NCBI GenBank assembly: GCA_964016885.1
Contig: OZ024755.1
Span: 17,732,001 to 17,796,000 of the forward strand
Source of the DNA: Eledone cirrhosa
Taxonomy: Eukaryota
DNA length: 64,000 nt
Reading direction: 5' to 3'
Both the position numbers and the translations under genes were made by a program. This document shows positions 1 to 13,028 of this stretch, piece by piece. The notes under the pieces were generated by a model. That model saw only the letters and a program-made list of their open reading frames with translations, ran no database searches and was not told where the DNA came from. Each line of letters begins with the position of its first letter. Within the stretch, counting starts at the first letter, position 1.

Positions 1-913
1 TTTTGTCAACTCTTATGACACTCAGGGCTATGATGTATCTATTCTAAAAACTGGGATGTACACATTCTACTTTAAAAACAGAAATAAGAAAAAGGGTGGG
101 GGTTTTGTGTGTGTGTTTTAAAGATATAGATGATCAATCTGAAAAATCAATAACTATCAATTACTTTTCAAAACAAACTAAATTCCTATAATAAAGCATC
201 ATCATCATCATCATCGTTTAACGTCCATCTTCCATGCTAGCATGGGTTGGACGGTTTTGTTCCACTTGAGGCAAGATTGATCGGGTGACCGTGTCTTGCT
301 CGTATAGGACTGTACCTGGCAGGTTTTCTATGGCTGGATGCCCTTCCTAACACCAACCACATTTACAGAGTGGACTGGGAGCCTTTTTACTGTGTCTCCT
401 ACATGACCACTCTATAGTGTGGACTCTATTTATCATTTTCAGAGAGACTCAAAATTACAAAGTAGGGCTTTTGAATACTAGGTACCCCTGTCCGATGGAT
501 TTCCACATAGATTAATTTTTTTTTAAAACCCTGCTGCACCTTCTGGATGCATAGGACCCTTATAAACTCTTTCCTTACTGGTGAGGGTTTGGGACTTATG
601 ATAATAAGGTCGTTGATTCAATTCCTGCTCCAGGCAACATTTCATTTCATGTTGCTTTATTTAGTCTATTCAGCTGTAAAAAAAATGAGTACTACCAACA
701 GCTGGGGGTAAACCCCTGCAATGGACTGGTGCCCAGCCTAAGGAGGTCTCTTTATATGATTGAGCTAGGGTCGCCATCATTAAGAAGGCTGAGAAAGCTC
801 TCATGAAATGCAACTTTGTAGAAGGCCAGCTAAACCTACTACATTCCACTACATTCCACAGTAATTTTGTGAGTTTATGGACAGACTCTATTTTACATTG
901 AACTTGATACCAG

Positions 914-917
<4 letters not shown>

Positions 918-960
<43 letters not shown>

Positions 961-1390
961 ATATATATTATATATATTATATATATATATATTATATATA
1001 TTATATATATATATTATATATATATATATATTTTTTTTTTTTCACACACCCTTACTGTGTTTGTTCTGGTTGTTCAATCAATTATAAGGAAGATTACACA
1101 TACACCACACACACACACATACACACACACACACACACCATACACACACGTACACGTACACACACACACCACACCCATACACACCACACACACCACATAC
1201 ACCAAACACACACCACACATACACACACTACACATACACACACTACACATACACACACACCCCACACACTACACATACACACACACACCACACATACACA
1301 CACACACCACACATACACACACCACACACACACCACACACACACCCCACACACACATACACCACACACACACACACACACACACACAAAT
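918..1390. repeat. (TA)n and (CA)n-rich microsatellites
   Basis: Direct inspection. Confidence 0.95.
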
Positions 1391-1711
1391 ATAAATAAGA
1401 GGCTAATTGTAGCCAAGAGACAAGATGGCTGAAATCACAAGTACATGGTGATGATGATGATTGTATTAAAGGTAGTTGTAACCCAGCTCTGGGCTTTGCT
1501 GTTAAACAAAGAATTCATTCTTTCTTAACACTGATAAATTATTCATATATTCAGCACATTGGCTTTGTTTTGTAAAGATGGAAACTGAATGTGGTTACTA
1601 ATTAGACTTGCTAGAAATGACAACAGAATCTGCCTCAACTAATGGTTTCTGATTTAGGAACAAGGCCAACAATTTTGAGAGAGGGGAGATGATTATGATT
1701 ATATATAAATA

Positions 1712-2520
1712 ATGGTTGTGTAGGTGTCATGACAAAAAACACCCAGCCCACACTGTAAAATGGTTGTGTAGGTGTCATGACAAAAAACACCCAGTCCACA
1801 CTGTAAAATGGTTGTGTAGGTGTCATGACAATAAGCACCCAGTCCACACTGTAAAATGGTTGTGTAGGTGTCATGACAAAAAACACCCAGTCCACACTGT
1901 AAAATGGTTGTGTAGGTGTCATGACAATAAGCACCCAGTCCACTCTGTAAAATGGTTGTGTAGGTGTCATGACAATAAGCACTCAGTCCACTCTGTAAAA
2001 TGGTCGTGTAGGTGTCATGACAATAAGCACCCAGCCCACACTGTAAAATGGTTGCGTAGGTGTCATGACAATAAGCACCCAGTCCACTCTGTAAAATGGT
2101 TGTGTAGGTGTCATGCAAAAAGCACCCAGTCCACACTGTAAAATGGTTGTGTAGGTGTCATGACAAAAAGCACCCAGTCCACACTGTAAAATGGTTGTGT
2201 AGGTGTCATGACAAAAAGCACCCAGTCCACACTGTAAAATGGTTGTGTAGGTGTCATGACAAAAAGCACCCAGTCCACACTGTAAAATGGTCGTGTAGGT
2301 GTCATGACAATAAGCACCCAGTCCACACTGTAAAATGGTTGTGTAGGTGTCATGACAATAAGCACCCAGTCCACACTGTAAAGTGGTTGCATGGGTGTCA
2401 TGACAATAAGTACCCAGTCCACACTGTAAAGTGGTTGCATGGGTGTCATGACAATAAGCACCCAGTCCACACTGTAAAGTGGTCATATAGGTGTCACAAC
2501 AAAAAGAACGCAGTACTCAC
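1712..2520 (+). repeat. 48-bp minisatellite from the SINE-A internal unit, ~17 copies
   Basis: GTGTAGGTGTCATGACAATAAGCACCCAGTCCACACTGTAAAATGGTT; runs into the SINE tail to ~2693. Confidence 0.95.
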
Positions 2521-3140
2521 TGTAAATGAGGTCGATGTTAAGAAGGGCATCCAGCTGTAGAAACCAAGCCAAAATCAGTTCTATATATGCAAAGCATAGT
2601 CACCTGACTTAGCATTGCTCACAACAGGACAACTTGCCTAACCCAGGCTAGCGTAGGAGAATGGACGTAACACGGTGATGATAAAGATGATGATATATAT
2701 GAGTGGAGCATCCCCAATGAATTTGGCAAATCCAACATCAATCAATCGAATCATTCGACAAGATCGCAGACCTCATTTGCTTACCGAGTGAGGTGGGACT
2801 TGTCAGACATTTCTATTGGTCTTTCTATTGTTGATACTATCTACCAGTTGCAATTCCAGACAGAAGAAGGTAACCAATGGCTAGATTGGACCAAAGAAAC
2901 AATGTTTCTGTTGGTCTTTCCATTGCTGATACTATCTACCAGTCACAATCCCTGGCAGAAGGGTGTAGCCCCATGGTTAAATTGGACCAAAGAAACAACA
3001 AAATATTTTTTGTTGTTATTTCAAGTTGTAAAGATACTGAAACACAATAATTCCATGTATGTACACCACAAATCATTTATTAGCTGTATGATGATATCTT
3101 TTCTATCACTTATTTCCATTTTTTTTCTCTTTATATCCAG

Positions 3141-3230
3141 GGTATCTGCAGCGCTTATGATATAATAATGGTATGCCGTATTGATCCTCTGCAATTGATT
3201 GCATCAATCAAGAACCAGAAAATACCGAAT
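3141..3230 (+). CDS. TMTC4: TMTC4 exon ([30 protein letters not shown])
   Basis: tatatccag|GGT...AAT|gtaagt, phase 0-0. Confidence 0.85.
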
Positions 3231-3958
3231 GTAAGTTGTTAAACATTGCAAATGAGATTTCTTTTTGAATTGTAGGTATATCTTATGATATACAACACAT
3301 TATGGATATATCTTGTGGTATACCATTCAGTATAGATATATTGGGTGATATACCACACACATTATACATATATTGTGGGGTATACCATATATTATAGATA
3401 TATCTTGTGGTATATCACTCATTATAGATATATCTTTTAGTATATCACACATTAGGGATATATCTTGTGGTATACCACTCAGTATAGATATATCTTTTGG
3501 TATATCACACATTAGGGATATATCTTGTGGTATACCACTCAGTATAGATATATCTTTTGGTATATCACACATTAGGGATATATCTTGTGGTATACCACCC
3601 AGTATAGATATATCGGGTGATATATCTTTTGGTATACCACATATCATAGGTATACCACATATTATAGATATATCTTGTGGTATACCACATATTATAGATA
3701 TATACTTCTTCTTCTTTGCCCAATTATTCCTGAGAGGGTCGTGGAGGGGGCAGAGTCCTCTAACACTCATTCCAGCAGGTTCTGTCAGAAGTAACCATCT
3801 CCAACTGATCCAGCTGGATCCCCAAGTGAGACCAGCCAAGCTCATGGATGTTATCCAATCATCTTACTTGGAGTCTACCCCTGGGTCTCCTGCCAGTTTG
3901 TTTTGCCGGTATAACCCTCCCCTTCCCGATTTTTTTCTTCTTTTTTTTTCTTTTTTTT

Positions 3959-3989
<31 letters not shown>

Positions 3990-5548
3990 CTTTTTCTTTT
4001 TTTCTTTTTCTTTTTTTCTTTTTCTTTTTTTCTTCTTTTTTCTTTTTTTTCTTTTTTTCTCTTTATATTTTCCTATTTTACATTCCATTCTTCTCAATCT
4101 AAATGTTCTTTTTTTCTTTTTCTATTAAACTGTATATTAAACATGATATATTCCATAAATAAAATTATATATTATAATCTGTCCAGTGATTCATATTTTA
4201 CTTTGAAAATTAAAACATTTACCTTGTTTTATGTATTGAGTGCTGTTGTAGTTAATATAGACAAAAACGTCTAATTTCAGAAAGTGCCTTCTTGGTGGAA
4301 GTCTTTACTTGTACGCCACCTTATATTAATGGTTTCTGGAATTCTCTTATTGGCTCTTCGGTGGAAGCTGATGGGATTTAAACCACCAACGTTTCAGATT
4401 GTTGATAATCCACATTCATTTGTTTCTAGTTTTTATCTCAGAGTAAGTCAAACTTTATTCTGTCAACCATAGTTTTTTTTTTTTGTGTGTTTTCTGTTTG
4501 TTTTTTTATATCGCAGTAAATTTTTCAAATAGGCTATGTAGCCGGTAAACCCTAAAGAGACGCAACATAAATCGCTATTGCGTTTCACATGCCCCTTCCT
4601 TCCCCAATCATTACATAGATGTGTCTATGTAATAATTATTTTGTATAATGTGTCTATGAATATGTATGTTTGCACTTCTGTTGTCTGTATTTATTTATGT
4701 ATTTACATGTAGATGTGTGCGTATGCCACAACTCATGGTGTCTGACACTCTTACTGGCTACATAACCTCTTCCTAAATTTTTAGCCTGATAGAAAAATAT
4801 GATGTTACTTGGGTATGTTTTAACCCTTTCATTACCATATTTCTTATAAGAGACACAATGTAGAATAATAATTAACCACAATAGCAGTCAGTTGTAACTA
4901 CAATAAACTATGGTTAGGGAGTAAGGGGTCATCTGTCTATATCAGACTAAAGAAATGCTGAGTCATCTGCCTAGAATCTACTAAAGAAAGGGGTTTTAGT
5001 GTGATAGTTAGGAAGTCTGGTGTCATGTCTATGTCAGTAAAGAAAGGGCTCTTGGTGTGATAGGGGGTGAGGTGTCATCTGCCTACAATCTACTAAAGAA
5101 ATAGTTAGGGAGGGAAGTAATCAGTCTGTATCAGAGAAAGGATAAATCTATTTCTTTCCTCACAGATTTCCAAGCAGTGTTATTTACTTTGCCATGAACG
5201 AATTATATAACCTTTCATGTGAAAAACCTTAATACTTTGTCTATGACCTCTCTATAGAACAGAGTCTGATACACTAAACCAAGGATCTTTCACCCCACCC
5301 CATCCCACCCACCACCCCCACATATACACATACTTAAAGCTAGTTCACTAATTGGTTCTTGAAATGGTAACCTTATAAATGCCTCTGCTTTAGAGATTGC
5401 CATTTAAAATGTGGATTCTGCAGAATATCTGTTGAAACTTGTGTGGATTTCTATAACATCTCTCATAGCATGTTACTAGGACCAGATTTAGACCTTGAGG
5501 GACCTGTGTCATTTCAGATTTGCTGGGCCCCTCATATAACACATGCAT

Positions 5549-5581
<33 letters not shown>

Positions 5582-5718
5582 CATAGATATACATATATAG
5601 ATATATATATGGATAGTAATAATAATAAATTTGAAGACTATATATATATATGCTAGTGTGCGAAATGGACGTTAAACGATGATGATACATACATATATTG
5701 ATACATACACACACACAT

Positions 5719-5765
<47 letters not shown>

Positions 5766-6707
5766 TACATATACACACACATATATGTGTGTGTATATGT
5801 GTTACTGCCTCAAACAATTCAATTGGTATATGCTCTACTGCAGCTACAACTTCAATTTATACCGATTATTATGTGTGTATATTTATATATGTGTATATAT
5901 ATATATGTATATATATATATGTGTGTGCGTATATATATTCATTCATTCATTCATTCATTTCATTTTACGTCCGCTTTTCCCTGTTGCAAGGGTGGGACGG
6001 GAACTGATTCTGGCTTGATTTCTACAGCTGGATGCCCTTCCTAACACCAACCTCATTTACAGTGAGTGCTGGGTGCTTTTTTGCCTTGGCACCTCCACGA
6101 CCACTTTGCAGTGGAATGATATGGACCCCAGTCCTTATCATCTCATTTCTACAGCTGAGTAAACTGGAGCAATGTGAAATAAAGTGTCTTGCTCAAGGAA
6201 ACCAACACATCACCCGGTCTGAGAATTGAACTCACAACCTTTCGATTGCAAGGCTAATACTCTAACCACTAAGCCATGTGCCTCCATTATATATATATAT
6301 ATATACCTTTGGCGGTACTCAGTAACAGAGAAGACCCGCCTTGCCAGTAGGCATCTCTAACAAAATACACCCCGTCCCGCCACCGCCCCCACCCCATCCA
6401 CACCACCCCGTTCTATGTAAAGTTATGTTGGTGCCGCGCCATCCAGGCCGAAATAAATGAGATCGTGTAGGTGTCACGACAAAAAACACACAGTCCACGC
6501 TGTAATGTGGCCGTGTAGGCAACACGGTAAAAACTTCCCAGACCCACACTGTAAATGTGGTTGGTGTTAGGAAGGGCATCCAACTGTAGAAAACCTGCCA
6601 GACAGTCCTATGCGAGCAAGACAATCACTCTTGCCTCAAGTGGGACTACCCCCGTCCAAACCCATGCAAGCGTGGAACACGGACGTTAAACGTTGATGAT
6701 GATGATG

Positions 6708-6757
<50 letters not shown>

Positions 6758-9700
6758 ACACATTCAGGCGTATAATTTCTTTCTTCTCTTCTTCCATTAT
6801 AGTCCATCAACTACAGTTACCTGTATGCTCTCAATGTATGGTTATTGTTAAACCCATGGTGGCTGTGTTTTGATTGGTCAATGGGATGTATTCCAACAAT
6901 TGAATCCTTCCTCGATCCAAGATGTGTTCTTGTCATCCTATTTTGGGCAGGATTTTCCACTTTCTTACATGTCTCAGTAACCTCTAGTGCAGGGCACCAC
7001 AAGAGGTAATTATTTACTTATCTTACTAATATCCTACTAATATCCTACTAATATTTTTACCTTTCTATCAATCGTTACAAAGTTTGTCAACAAATTAAAA
7101 AGAACAAGACATTTCTTAATATTTTATTCATCATCATTATCATCATAGCTACGGTTAAACATGTTAACACAGACTAGTCAGTACTTAACCCCTTAGCAGT
7201 TACATTACTCTATATTTACTATTGTATTTTTGTGGTAAAGGCTTTATCTTAAATAATTATCTCACATAATATCGTAGCTATGAGATTTTTATATTATCTA
7301 TTTTGAGAACAATACCTTAATATCAGTATGAGTGGCAAGTTACAACCAGTTACGGCCAGTTTAAACAGAAAGAGTTGAGAGAATTCTGGCCGGATATGGT
7401 CGGTTTAAATGCTAAAGATTTAAGCAGAGTCACTGACCTCTAGGTGTGTCAGAGTCGTAACATATGATCCCACACTCTACCAAATGCATTGTATCATGGC
7501 AGTAACACTAGGGAAGTTGTCATGTCTTTGGCATAGCTGAAGACTTTTCCCGATTCTTTGTTTGGCAGGTTTTCTGTGACTGGATTCCCTTCCTATCACC
7601 AACCATTTTACAGGAGTCTAGCAAGTGATTGTTTATCATGTAGATCACCAACAATCTCTCAGAACACTCGGTAAAGTCATTGGTGTCACAAAGCTGGCAA
7701 ATATCGCTGATAATTCTTCATCTAGTTATGACCAAATTGTGCTTGTATCGCTAAAGGGTCAGACACCATGTTTTACAGCATAGAGTTACGGCCCTTTACA
7801 GTCTGAGTTCAAATCCTGCCGAGGTTATCTTTGCCTTTCATTCTTACGGGGTCGATAAAATAAAGTACCAGTAATGCGCTGGGATAATTGCTGGCCTTGT
7901 GCCAAAAGTAGAAACAATTATTTTGGGGCAATTAATAGTAGAAATCATTATTTTGGGGCAATTATGGGCAGTGAATTGGTGTATAGTTACAACCCTTTAC
8001 ATTCTGAGTTCAAATCCTACCGTAGTTAAGCTTTGCCTTTCATCCTTAAGGGTCAATAAAATAAAGTACCAGTAACGCACTCATTTTTCTTGTATAATTT
8101 CATGATGCTTGGGTTATCCAACTTTATAGGATGTCACTCTCATTTTCTGACTGTCTCCCTGGCTTTTTTAAATGCCACCCTGGTTTTTTTTTTATTTTAT
8201 GACTACCATCTTAGCACCCTGTTTTTCATAATTGTCACCCTGACTGCCACGCTGACTTTCCTGGCAGTCACCTTGCTACCTCCTTCGCTTTCCTGGCTGT
8301 TACCCTGGACTTCCTATCCATCACTCCAACTTTCTGAGCTATTTCTTTGCCATTTATTACATTCAACAGAAAAATATGAAACAGAGAAAGTATCACAGAT
8401 CAGGCTGCTAAAACACTACTATCTCTGGTGCTATATAGTTAATTATAAACAAGTATTTGATGCTGTGTTGCATGGCCCTGAACTCTGCATATCATATTCA
8501 TATGTATGTAATTTGAATTTCTGATTTTATGTTGTTGAAAGACTTACAAATCTCACTTTATTCATCTCACTTTGTTCATCATTGTTGATCCGTCATTGTT
8601 GATCTGTCATTGTTGATCCGTCATTGTTGATCCGTCATTGTTGATCTGTCGTTGTTGATCCATCGTTGTTGATCTGTCATTGTTCATCTGTCATTGTTCA
8701 TCCATCACCGTTGATCTGTCATTGTTCATCTGTCATTGTTCATCCATCACCGTTGATCTGTCATTGTTCATCCATCACCGTTGATCCGTCATTGTTGATC
8801 TGTCATTGTTCATCCATCACCGTTGATCTACTATTGTTTACTTATATATTTATTTATTTACATATTATTCCTAACTCTCTCTCTCTCTTTTTCTTCCATT
8901 TCTATTTTATTGGCAGGGTGCTACTTATATCCATTGCATTTCTACTCATACCATTCCTTCCAGCCAGTAATCTCTTCTTCCGTGTTGGTTTTGTAATAGC
9001 TGAACGTATCCTTTACTTACCCAGTGTTGGCTACTGTATGTTATTTGTGGTCGGGCTTCAGCAGTTGTGTCAATACAGTGTTCTTTCTAAAAAGGTAATG
9101 AAATCATTCAAAATCTTTTACAGTTATTTTTGTTGTTAGAAAGAGACAAAGTTAATGTTTGTTGAATTGCATAGTTAAAGTTAAACATAAAAAGGTTATA
9201 TAAGGAATGTGGCATTGTGCCAGGCCCAAGGAAGGCCGACAGGCCAAAGTGCAAATCTCACCGTTATATATTGTTTCTGTTCATCCTTCAGAGTTCAAGC
9301 GGCAAAAGAGAGATTTTTGAAATCGACGCGGGAATTTTTCCCTCAAGGCGTGTCGAGATACATTCTCCTACGCTGGCAGCGATTGGCTGAGCTGAGCCAA
9401 ATAACGCATGGAGAATGTATCGATGAGCCCACAGAATGTAGGTCACTACAGGGTCATCAAGGCAACAAAAAGTTGTCCAATGATCACATACTCCTGCAGA
9501 ACTTTCCACAAATCCTGTAGCACATAGTTGCATGCCTTTTAACACTTTACCATTTAAACCGGCTATATCAAGCCAGAATTCTCTCACCTCTTTCTGTTCA
9601 AACCAGCCATAACTGGCTGCTCATGCTGATGTTAAGGTATTGTTATCAAAATAAGTAATATCAAAATCTCATAGATACAATATTATGTGTGGTAAAGACT

Positions 9701-12700
9701 TTACTGTGAGAATATATTATATATAGGCACATGGAGGCACATAGCTTAGTGGTTAGAGCATTGGCCTTGCAATCGAAAGGTTGTGAGTTCAATTCTCAGA
9801 CCGGGTGATGTGTTGGTTTCCTTGAGCAAGACACTTTATTTCACATTGCTCCAGTTTACTCAGCTGTAGAAATGAGATGATAGGGACTGGGGTCCCTATC
9901 ATTCCACTGCAAAGTATTCGTGGAGGTGCCACGGTAAAAAAAAAGCACCCAGCCCACACTGCAAAGTGGTCGTGGAGGTGCCACGGCAAAAAAAGCACCC
10001 AGCACTCACTGTAAATGAGGTTGGTGTTAGGAAGGGCATCCAGCTGTAGAAATCAAGCCAGAATCAGTTCCCGTCCCACCCATGCAAGCAGGGAAAAGTG
10101 GACATAAAATGATGATGATGATAGAGTAATATAAATGCTAAAGGGTTAATGTTATTTTCTCTTAAACAATTTCTTTATGTTTCAGGTTGTGACTTCATTG
10201 CTCATATTTTTGGTTGTTATAAACATATACAGATCAGTGCAGGTAAGTTTTTTATCTATGTTAATACCATAATGAAGGGATTAATTAAGAACAGGTGTTT
10301 CTTAGAGGTTACTGACCCACAATACAAATTATTTAACCCTTTTGACAACAACCCACACTTATGGCAGCCTTTGGTTCTAAACTGTCTGTTTTAATGTTTG
10401 TAAAGTGATTACCATCATCATCATTGTCATCGCCATTTCATGTCCATTTACCATACTTGCATGGGTTAGATAGGTTGTCAAATTATGGGACTAGCCAGAC
10501 AGTGTCTTGCTCACCATCTTTTTTGTTTTTCCTCATAGTTTTCTACAGCTAGACACCCTTCCTAATGCCAACCACATAGTATGTACTGGGAGCCTTATTT
10601 TCATGCCACTATCACTATCACCTTACAATGTGGACTGGGTGATTTCTTTTTTTATTTTGTGGCTCTAGTACAACCACCATACAAAGTTGACTGGGTGTTT
10701 TTTGGTCATGGCACCAGCACTACCACCGTACAGTACAGACTGGGTACTTCTTTGGGTCATAACACCAGTACAACTATCCTACAGTGTAGACTGGATGTTT
10801 TTTGTTTTTGTTTTTTTGTGGCACCAAAACAACCACCCTTGGGTTGACTAGGTGCTTTTTTTTGTCCAGTACCATTACAACCACCTTACAAAGTGGACTG
10901 GATGCCATTTGTCATGACGCCAGCATGACCACCTTACAGGGTGGACTGGATGCCATTTGTTGTGGTACCAGTACAACCACCTTACAAAGTAGATTGGATG
11001 CCAATTGACATGGCGCCAGGATGACCACCTTACAGTGTGGACTCAGTCCATCCTTTCTTTGCAGTTCATGATGATGATGATGATAATGTATTTTCTGAGA
11101 AAAGATTGTCAGAGAAAGAATGAAATATATTTAATATCTAGATGGAGTTTTTCTTATTTGTTAGTTTTTCAAACATTTGTTGTTCTACAACCTGATGGGA
11201 ATGGCTCAGTAACAGAGAATATAAAGCAATCGCCCTGACCTCATTTTACTTCCTTTCAACATTACTATAACATTATAATGAAGAAAGAAGATAAAAAATG
11301 AATAATGAATAAATAAATAAACTGGGATAGGCTCAGACATGACTGTTGTAAAGAAGTTCGCTTCACAGTAACATGGTTTCAGGTTCAATCACACTGTACT
11401 GTACCCTGGGTCTTCTACAATAATTTTGAGTTGATATATGCCTTCTGGAGGAGTTTGTTAGGCAGAAACTGAGTGGAAGCCCATCCTATATATATATATA
11501 TATCTCAAGGAAACAACAACACATCACCCGGTCGTCAATTCTCAGACCGGGTGATGTGTTGTTTCCTTGAGCAAGACACTTTATTTCACATTGCTCCAGT
11601 TTACTCAGCTGTAGAAATGAGATGATAGGGACTGGGGTGCTTATCATTCCACTGCAAAGTGGTCGTGGAGGTGCCATGGCAAAAAAGCACCCAGCCCACA
11701 CTGTAAAGTGGACGTGTAGGCGCCATGGCAAAAAAACACCCAGCACTCACTGTAAATGAGGCTGGTGTTAGGAAGGGCATCCAGCTGTAGAAATCAAGCC
11801 AGAATTATTTCCTGTATGAGCAAGAGAAGGTCAGCTGACTGGACACTGCCCACAACAGGACAACCCGTCTAACCCCTGCTAGCGTGGGAGAACGGACATA
11901 AAACGGTGATGTTGATGTTGATGATGATGATGATATATATATGTGAAGGCGTGTGGCTGATTGGTAAGAGAATTGGATTCACAATCGTGAGGTTGTGATT
12001 TTGATTCCCGGACCGGGTGATGTGTTATGTCCTTGAGCAAGACACTTTATTTCACATTGCTCCTTCTACCTGGAGTTGCGACCGATAGATAGTATTAGCA
12101 ATTGGAAAGACCCATGGAAACATTGTTTCCTCGGTCCGATTTGATGAAAGTCGGTTGACTGACGATATATATATATATATATATGTCTGTCTGTCTGACT
12201 CCATGTTTGTTTATGTCCCATAACATAGCCGTTTAACAAAACAAGATCAATAAAGAAAGTACCAAACTTGAAAAAATAAGTACTGCTAGTTCAAGACGAT
12301 CAACCTAATCTCTACTATGGCACAAAATATGTCATTGTCTAAATATGTCATTGTCTAAATATGTCACAAAATATGCATTGTCCCATTACTTCTGAGGGAG
12401 TTGTAGGGGCGCCATATTGATATGCAACATGAATAGAGCAGATTTCTTCCAGAGAAGGATAGAGAGTGTGAGAAAGAGATATAGAGGAAGAATTTACCCC
12501 AGTACTAGACGGGTACTTTTTTATTGACCTTGAATGCATGAAAGGCAAAGTTGACCTCTGTGAGATTGGAACTCGGAAAGTAGAGAGCCAAAACAGATAC
12601 TGCAAACCATTCTATCTGACATTGTAATGGCTCTGCCAATTCATCGCTTATAAGGAATATATACATATATATCATCATCATCATCGTTTAACGTCCATCT

Positions 12701-12850
12701 TCCACGCTTGCATGGGTTATATATATATATATATATATATATATGTAGAAGTTGTATTTAATTTGTTGGAATTCCGACAAACATAAATGTTTATAACTGA
12801 TTTAGAGCATTCAAGTTACTGGAGTAAATATTCCATGATATTAAATATAT

Positions 12851-12947
<97 letters not shown>

Positions 12948-12995
12948 AACACACATATTGAGTGATTTTTCTCAAGTCCGTCAATAATACACAGA

Positions 12996-13028
<33 letters not shown>

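Noticed and set aside
1635-2560. Repetitive ORFs (also 3327-4128, 16529-17460, 18051-18515, 20289-20792, 55666-56410)
   Set aside because: Tandem repeats inside introns with units divisible by 3; most seeds are SINE, MITE or splice-site DNA.
3930-4110. Poly-Phe / poly-Lys ORFs
   Set aside because: T-rich low-complexity tract in a TMTC4 intron.
9733-9810. tRNA gene-like sequences (also 43625, 29657, 11944, 59755)
   Set aside because: A/B boxes continue directly into SINE core and tail, and no complete cloverleaf is evident.
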